64,000 nucleotides of DNA, taken from positions 76,629 through 140,628 of the forward strand of contig CAWBVY010000009.1 of assembly GCA_963792415.1 (NCBI GenBank), in the 5' to 3' direction. The notes under the pieces were generated by a model. The model made no database searches. It saw only the letters and a program-made list of their open reading frames with translations, and was not told the origin of the DNA. Each line of letters opens with the position of its first letter. The first letter of the stretch is position 1. Positions 58,021 to 64,000 of this stretch are shown here, in pieces. Both the position numbers and the translations under genes were made by a program. The stretch is from Candidatus Deferrimicrobiaceae bacterium. Its GTDB lineage: Bacteria > Desulfobacterota > Deferrimicrobia > Deferrimicrobiales > Deferrimicrobiaceae.

Positions 58021-59130
58021 ATGACGGGCATCTGGCTCGCATTCCTCGGGTTTATCCTGATCCTGCTGTTCCTGGACCTCGGGGTGTTCCACCCCAAGGC
58101 CCGGGCCGTGAACGTGCGGGAGGCACTCGTGTGGTCCGCGGTCTGGATCGCGCTCGCTCTATCCTTCGGAGTGTTCGTCTACTACGGCTACGAGAACCGC
58201 TGGTTCGGCCTCGGCGGTTCGGTCGACGCGGTGGACGGCGCGATGAACGACGGGCGGACCGCGGCCATCAAGTACCTCACCGGGTACGTGGTGGAGAAGT
58301 CGCTCAGCGTCGACAACATCTTCGTGATCGCCATGATCTTCGGTTTCTTCGCCGTGCCCGCGGTCTACCAGCACCGGGTGCTGTTCTGGGGGATCCTCGG
58401 CGCCCTTGCGATGCGGGGCGCGATGATCGCGATCGGCGCTAAGCTGATCGCAGAGTTCCACTGGCTTCTCTACGTCTTCGGGGCGTTCCTGATCGTCACC
58501 GCCGCGAAGATGCTCCTGCTCAAGACGGACGAGACGGACCCGAACCGGAACATCGTGGTGCGGCTCGTGCGGCGATTCCTGCCCGTCACGTCCCGGTTCC
58601 ACGGGGAGCATTTCGTGGTGCGTGCGGGAGCTCCCGCTTCCCGGGAGAGCGAGACCCCGGGGATGCCAACGCTGCCCGACGATGCGGTCGAGAGAGCCCG
58701 GCACGGCACGCTCATGCTGACCCCCCTGGCCCTTGCGCTGATCCTGGTCGAGACAACCGACCTCATCTTCGCGGTCGACTCGATCCCGGCGATCTTCGCG
58801 ATCACCGTGGACCCGTTCCTCGTCTTCACCAGCAACGTCTTCGCCATCCTGGGGCTGCGGTCGCTCTACTTCGCCCTGGCGGAGATGATAAGCATGTTCC
58901 GGTACCTGAAGGTTTCTCTGGCGCTCGTGCTCGCCCTGGTCGGGGGGAAGATGCTGCTGGCCCCGTGGCTGAAGGAAATTCTCGGGGGGACCTACAGCCT
59001 CTACCTGCTGGGACTGGTGCTCCTTGTGCTGGCCGGCGGCGTGGTCGCGTCCCTGATCGCCGGGCGGCCGTCCACGGACCGACGCGGCGCTGGTGCCGCA
59101 AACGCCGGGGGCACGGCAACACCTCAATGA
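58021..59130 (+). CDS. terC: TerC/Alx family membrane protein
   Basis: EKSLSVDNIFV, DLIFAVDSIPA, SNVFAILGLRSLYF. Confidence 0.95.
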   Translation: MTGIWLAFLGFILILLFLDLGVFHPKARAVNVREALVWSAVWIALALSFGVFVYYGYENRWFGLGGSVDAVDGAMNDGRTAAIKYLTGYVVEKSLSVDNIFVIAMIFGFFAVPAVYQHRVLFWGILGALAMRGAMIAIGAKLIAEFHWLLYVFGAFLIVTAAKMLLLKTDETDPNRNIVVRLVRRFLPVTSRFHGEHFVVRAGAPASRESETPGMPTLPDDAVERARHGTLMLTPLALALILVETTDLIFAVDSIPAIFAITVDPFLVFTSNVFAILGLRSLYFALAEMISMFRYLKVSLALVLALVGGKMLLAPWLKEILGGTYSLYLLGLVLLVLAGGVVASLIAGRPSTDRRGAGAANAGGTATPQ

Positions 59131-59579
59131 GCCGCTCACTGCCGCCCCGGGTGACGACCAGCATCAGGGCCAGGTATTCACGTACGGTCCTTGTGCAGGA
59201 GGAGACACCGGGTCCGGTGGGCCACCCCCTCCGGGGTGTTCACGAGGAACCCGGTGTTGTAGTTCACCACCTGAAGGAGGATCTCCCCTGACCCTCCCCC
59301 TCCAATCCGACCCGGTTCAGCACCCCACCGCCCGCCTAAGCGCCTCTGCCTGCACATGCGCAAAAGGTCTGCATCGTCAGCCGGACATCCGATTGCCGCG
59401 CCAGTTTTTGAATGAGAAAAGATCCCATGTCTGTTTGGTGAATGAAATCCGTTTGCGCCGGGTTTACGTTCTGGTGTCACTTCCTGTCCCATTCTGGCAC
59501 TTCCTGTCCATTTGGGAGAGGGCCTAACCGGCTGAAAACGCTGGAATGACGGGGGGGATACGGGAGCGCGCCGATCCGC

Positions 59580-59732
59580 TCCGAAGTCAAGCGCTCTATC
59601 CAGCTGAGCTAAGGGCGCGTCCGAGAGGAAAGTCATCGTACTGCAAGGGAAATCCCGCGTCAACAGCCTCCGACTGAAACCCCTTCCAGACCCCGAAAAA
59701 GGCGGTTGTTTGCACGGGGTTTGCGGTCCGTG
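59580..59732 (-). repeat. tRNA-Arg 5' half through the anticodon loop, intact promoter, and motif copy 2 (59705-59732)
   Basis: Colinear with 54008-54160; TTGACG-17-TACGAT retained. Confidence 0.95.
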
Positions 59733-59778
59733 CGGACTCTACCCCGTGTTCTCACTCCCTGCCGGGCAGTGAACCTGC

Positions 59779-60477
59779 TCAGTCACGTTCTACCGCTCTG
59801 TTCTGGTACGAGAACGTGTTCCTGAATACTTCATCCACGTTGATCAACTCGCCGATCGTCGCACCCGCCTTGATCTTCTCGTGAACGAGATGCTCCGTCG
59901 CCAGCAGTTTCTCTGCCTTCTCCAGAATCACGGTAGCATCTGCCATCGGCACGACAACCACCCCGTTCCCATCGACCACCACGACGTCGCCCGGTGACAC
60001 CGCCACTCCGCCGCACTGGATCGAGACGTTGACGTCGCCGTAACCGGAGATCGAACCCACATTCGGAACGACTCCCTTGCAGATCACCGGGAATCTCATC
60101 TTTCTGATCTCTTCAACGTCACGACAGGCACCGTCGATCACAACTGCAATAACCCCGCGATTGAGGGCCGACATCGTCATGTTCTCCCCCCAGAAGGCGG
60201 TGTTGATCGACTCGTGAGAGTCGATCACAATGACGTCGCCGGGCTTGCAGATGTCGATTGCCTTGAAGGCCGCTGCCAGATCGGAGGCCAGAGTCCTCAC
60301 GGTTACCGCCGTACCGACGAGCCTTATGCCCTCGAACAGCGGCTTCATGTCGGAGGTCATCGCATTGAAGCGGCCCATGCAATCCGAGATCGCGCACGTG
60401 ATCGAGTCATGACGGAGCAGATCCCTGAAACCCCGCACAATTTCCACAGGTAGCCTTTCGATCGTCTCATGGATCAT
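59779..60477 (-). CDS. RraA family / HMG aldolase-like protein
   Basis: GTAVTV, AFWGENM, DGACRDVEE, PGDVVVVDGNGVV. Confidence 0.92.
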   Translation of the reverse strand: MIHETIERLPVEIVRGFRDLLRHDSITCAISDCMGRFNAMTSDMKPLFEGIRLVGTAVTVRTLASDLAAAFKAIDICKPGDVIVIDSHESINTAFWGENMTMSALNRGVIAVVIDGACRDVEEIRKMRFPVICKGVVPNVGSISGYGDVNVSIQCGGVAVSPGDVVVVDGNGVVVVPMADATVILEKAEKLLATEHLVHEKIKAGATIGELINVDEVFRNTFSYQNRAVERD

Positions 60478-60750
60478 GCGACCCTCCTTCCCTCGACTCC
60501 GGCCATCGCCGTTCCTCTAAAAGGCGGATCTCCCCACATTATGGGAATCAGCGCATGCCCAAGCTGAAAGTTCTCCGCGGGAGGAACGGTCACACGGAAC
60601 CAGGAATCTAATAAAGCATACGAGGGGATCGCCGGAAATGTTCCCCGGCCCAGCCCCCATTATAGATCATCGGCGAAACAATAACGATCCGACACCCTTG
60701 GCGGCGCATGGCTCTCCGGCGTCCGCCACGGCAGTAAGGGAGATTCTCAC

Positions 60751-61065
60751 ATGCGCTTGCTCATGAACGTGACCATGCCTCACGAGCCGTTCAACACCGG
60801 CGTCAGGGACGGGTCCGTCGGCGAGAAACTGGAACGCATCCTGAAAGAGACCAGACCCGAGGCAGTCTATTTCACGGAGCACAATGGGCACCGAGGGGCG
60901 ATCCTGGTCCACGATCTCGCCGATCCGTCGAAGATCCCCTCGGTTTCCGAGCCGTGGTTCCTGGCCTTCAACGCCGACGTCGAGTTCCGGATCGCCATGA
61001 CCCCCGAAGACCTCAAAAAAGCAGGACTCGGGGATGTCGGGAAGAAGTGGCCGAAGGCCGCTTGA
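60751..61065 (+). CDS. Small ferredoxin-like-fold hypothetical protein (GYD/DUF3303-like)
   Basis: PEAVYFTE.NG.RG, EPWFL.FNA.VE, MTPEDL. Confidence 0.75.
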   Translation: MRLLMNVTMPHEPFNTGVRDGSVGEKLERILKETRPEAVYFTEHNGHRGAILVHDLADPSKIPSVSEPWFLAFNADVEFRIAMTPEDLKKAGLGDVGKKWPKAA

Positions 61066-61205
61066 GAATCCCGAAAAACACGGACTCATCCCGGGACGCA
61101 TCCTGGATAGTTTGAACGAATCCAAAGTGGATGAGGAAGTGGGAGCGACCAACAGTCAATCTTTTTAACGTGTTGCATTCGGATGCAACATAAAAGGAGG
61201 ATCCC

Positions 61206-61475
61206 ATGTTTATTGTCGTCGAGCACACGATTACCAATCCGGATGTTTTCTTTGGACTCGCCCCAAGAGTCTCCGAAGCGCCTCCGGGAATCAATGCGCT
61301 CCAGTTTCTCCCGAGTACGGGAAAGGATCGGGCGGTCTGTCTTTGGGAAGCGAAGTCGGTAGACGCTTTGAAGGGTTTCCTGGAGCCCTTTACCGGTCAG
61401 AGCAGCCGCAACACCTACTACGCGGTGGACAGCGCAATGGCGATGGGTCTTCCGATCAAGAAAGCCGCGGCGTAG
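61206..61475 (+). CDS. Small hypothetical protein
   Basis: AAGGAGG RBS; [11 protein letters not shown]. Confidence 0.75.
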   Translation: MFIVVEHTITNPDVFFGLAPRVSEAPPGINALQFLPSTGKDRAVCLWEAKSVDALKGFLEPFTGQSSRNTYYAVDSAMAMGLPIKKAAA

Positions 61476-61519
61476 CCGGAAAAACTCCTGAGCCGGCGTG
61501 GCACGCGCCGGCTCAGTTT

Positions 61520-62155
61520 TTCCCCATTAATGTCCTGGGCGAAGTTGGAAAAGGACACAAGATCGCCTTCAACATTCTCAATATAGGACGGTTCAAGCTC
61601 GGGGCGGTGGTCACCGGGGCCGCCAAGGTCACATTCGCGGAAGGGGCGAGGTACGCGAACGCCAGGAGGCAGTTCGGTGTCCCAATCGCCACCTTTGGCG
61701 CGATCCGGGAAAAGATCGCCGACGGCGTGGCCGACATCTTCCGCGCAGAGTCGATCGTATACCGTGTCGCAGGGCTGCTGGACCGTCGGCTCGCATCGAT
61801 CGAAAAGGGAACGCTGAACTACTACGGAGCCTACCAAAAGGAGATCGAAGAATACGCGGTCGAATGCGCCATTGCCAAGGTCTATTGCAGCGAGGCCTTT
61901 GGCCGGATCGCAGACGAGGCCCTCCAGATCCATGGGGGATACGGCTATATCCAGGAGTACCCCGTGGAGCGACACTACCGGGATGCGAGGATCAACCGGA
62001 TCTTCGAGGGGACGAACGAAATCAATCGGCTCCTCATCTCCGGCACCCTCCTAAAGCGGGCGATGAAGGGTGAGATCGATCTTATGCCCGGGGTGATGAA
62101 AGCCGCCGAAATCCTCAAGGCGGGGAATCCCGCCTCTCCTGAAGGGACCCACTGA
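61520..62155 (+). pseudogene. Acyl-CoA dehydrogenase internal/C-terminal fragment
   Basis: [30 protein letters not shown]; no N-terminal domains. Confidence 0.85.
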
Positions 62156-62371
62156 CAAATCTATTCCTGATGGCGATACGAAAGACGGAATCTGCAACCC
62201 GATCGATCGCCCAAAAATTAGGCAGTCTGTTGGAAGGTCCACCGCGATAGGAACCGCACGGAATATCCACAGGGGAATCAACAGACGATCCACAGGAGGA
62301 TGTGGAAATCGAAGCATGATCAGGAGAGGATCTTCTATTAGGTGATACGGATGATCATTACGGCTTCGAAA

Positions 62372-62399
62372 GTTGTTTGCACGGGGGTTTGCGGTCCGT
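62372..62399. repeat. 28-bp motif, copy 3 (one extra G)
   Basis: gttgtttgcacgggggtttgcggtccgt. Confidence 0.9.
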
Positions 62400-62492
62400 T
62401 TGGCTTACCCTTTCAATAACCGAGGTACGTCCGGACGATATTCCCACCAAAATACGGGTGGACCGATCATTGGGGGCTGGTCACCGGCCCGG

Positions 62493-63149
62493 TCATTTCG
62501 GGGCATTTCTTTTCTCGTAGTGAGGCCTGAAATTATCGGTTACCGCAAAGGCGAGTTCTTCGAGGTAACGATCGTATTGATCTTCGGGATTGTTCATGCT
62601 GAACGATATGTCTTTGGAGTTGGAGTTGATGCCTGCCACTTTCCAATGTCCTTGACGCGAATTGCTCCAGATCGTCGACCCGCTCACGGTGTCCCAATGT
62701 TTTGAAACCATCGAGATCTTCACAACCGCAGACGCGCGGAGGGAAGAAAGGCCGGTTCCGATACGAACCTCGGGTTTCATGTCTGAAATTTCAAAGCTCC
62801 CCGTAAAGATCGAACTCACCCCGTATTTTTCTTCAATCGCTTTAAAGGCCTCGATGTCCAATGAGTTCCGGCCAAGCCTTTTTAACAATTGGCCTTCCGG
62901 CCCCAATTCAAGAAAGCGTAGCTGAGGCTGGGCGTTCTGGATAAAACCCATGAATTTTTGGGTGGCGATTTGATTGAAGTCCTCCCTGGAGTTGGAGGCA
63001 AACTCCACGATGCCAATGGTTTTATACGGCTGCAAATCGATTTTCGGAGGAATTTCCACAACGACCGTGTGAGCGCATCCAACGGCCGATAAACCGACCA
63101 CAAGGGATCCCAGAAATATTTTGAATGTACGCAGGTTGGAAATTCCCAT
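62493..63149 (-). CDS. Hypothetical lipoprotein (CsgG/TolB-N-like alpha/beta)
   Basis: Lipobox AVGC; IGIVEF; low GC. Confidence 0.7.
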   Translation of the reverse strand: MGISNLRTFKIFLGSLVVGLSAVGCAHTVVVEIPPKIDLQPYKTIGIVEFASNSREDFNQIATQKFMGFIQNAQPQLRFLELGPEGQLLKRLGRNSLDIEAFKAIEEKYGVSSIFTGSFEISDMKPEVRIGTGLSSLRASAVVKISMVSKHWDTVSGSTIWSNSRQGHWKVAGINSNSKDISFSMNNPEDQYDRYLEELAFAVTDNFRPHYEKRNAPK

Positions 63150-63365
63150 CGAGGCTTCCTTTTGCCCGAAAGATAACGTCGACCGCCCTCCTTATGATTT
63201 ATCGGCAATAAATTCAAAGAAATTCAATTAATTCGGACATTACGAACGGCAATTCCGGGGGTATGAGTTCAGGTGCGGCTCTTTACCGTCCGCGGCTGCG
63301 GGCGCTCTGGGAAGACTATAGCAGCCGGCCCTGTCGACATACCTCTTCCCTCCCCGAAAAAGGTG

Positions 63366-63393
63366 GTTGTTTGCACGGGGTTTGCGGTCCGTG
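63366..63393. repeat. 28-bp motif, copy 4
   Basis: Exact copy, preceded by ccccgaaaaagg as in copy 2. Confidence 0.95.
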
Positions 63394-63467
63394 CGGGTTT
63401 CCCTCTGAAATCCGATAGAGACTTCGGGGTGGTTCCCTCGCCGTGTCAAGCGCTTCGAGGCGCAGCC

Positions 63468-64000
63468 CTAGAGCCCGAAGATCTCCTTAACCTTCGCCTC
63501 GAACGCCTCGTCCGTTAGCTGCTTCGCCATCGGGACGAACGTCTCCGCCTCGACACCCACCGGGGTGCGGATGGGGGAACCGGCATCCTCGATCACGCGG
63601 AGGACCGCCTCCGCGACCGCCACGGGGTCCGGCCCCTCGTTGATCTTCTTCGCCACCACGGGGACGAGTTTTGAAGCCAGGGCGGCGTACGGCGACGCCG
63701 GGGAGACGGTCGCCGGGTTTGCCACCAACCCATTCGAAACGAAGCGCGTTCCGAAGAGGCCCGGCATCACGGAGTGGACCCGGATCCCGAAGGGCCCCGC
63801 TTCGTACCGCAGGGAATCGGTGATCGCCTCGACGGCGTACTTGCTCGCGTTGTAGTACGTCAACAGCGGAAACCCCATTCTCCCGAGCCACGCGGAGATG
63901 TTGACGATCACTCCCGCCCGCTGAGCCCGCATCAAGGGGAGTACCGCCCGGCACATCCGGCCCACACCGAACACATTGACATCGAACTGGCGCAGGATCT
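63468..64000 (-). CDS. Short-chain dehydrogenase/reductase (5' end outside the window)
   Basis: QFDVNVFG, IVNISA, YNASK. Confidence 0.92.
   Translation of the reverse strand, partial: ILRQFDVNVFGVGRMCRAVLPLMRAQRAGVIVNISAWLGRMGFPLLTYYNASKYAVEAITDSLRYEAGPFGIRVHSVMPGLFGTRFVSNGLVANPATVSPASPYAALASKLVPVVAKKINEGPDPVAVAEAVLRVIEDAGSPIRTPVGVEAETFVPMAKQLTDEAFEAKVKEIFGL

Noticed and set aside
59130-59290. Possible cupin-like gene remnant on the minus strand (NTPEGVAH)
   Set aside because: Too fragmentary to support without a profile search.

Overview
This is a high-GC bacterial window. Gene content and a Sec-containing peroxiredoxin suggest a deltaproteobacterium-like organism, which is an inference. 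Coding content includes: malic enzyme, a trehalose/maltose-type ABC importer, a GT4 plus six-hairpin glycosidase pair, tarD-like enolase, cydAB-lgt-VIT1, GH15, gnd, nudC, two ECF sigma/anti-sigma modules, M23 plus bactofilin, pseudopilin plus HD-GYP, an AttEFGH-like ABC/lipocalin cluster, an RPH-like dikinase, a Kef antiporter, paired class III CoA-transferases, mscS, tRNA-Arg(UCG), ftsH and terC. The most striking signal is architectural. No integrase or transposase is visible, yet many gene blocks are bracketed by 17-72 bp direct repeats copied from the ends of neighbouring genes. The kef 3' end is present three times, with mostly synonymous divergence, separated by a constant palindromic element. 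tRNA-Arg(UCG) sits in a cassette array in which its 5' half (once with the complete promoter) and a 28-bp motif are re-copied between cargo blocks. Also found: an unannotated selenoprotein (UGA in a hairpin, with a SECIS candidate) and back-to-back identical ECF promoter motifs.
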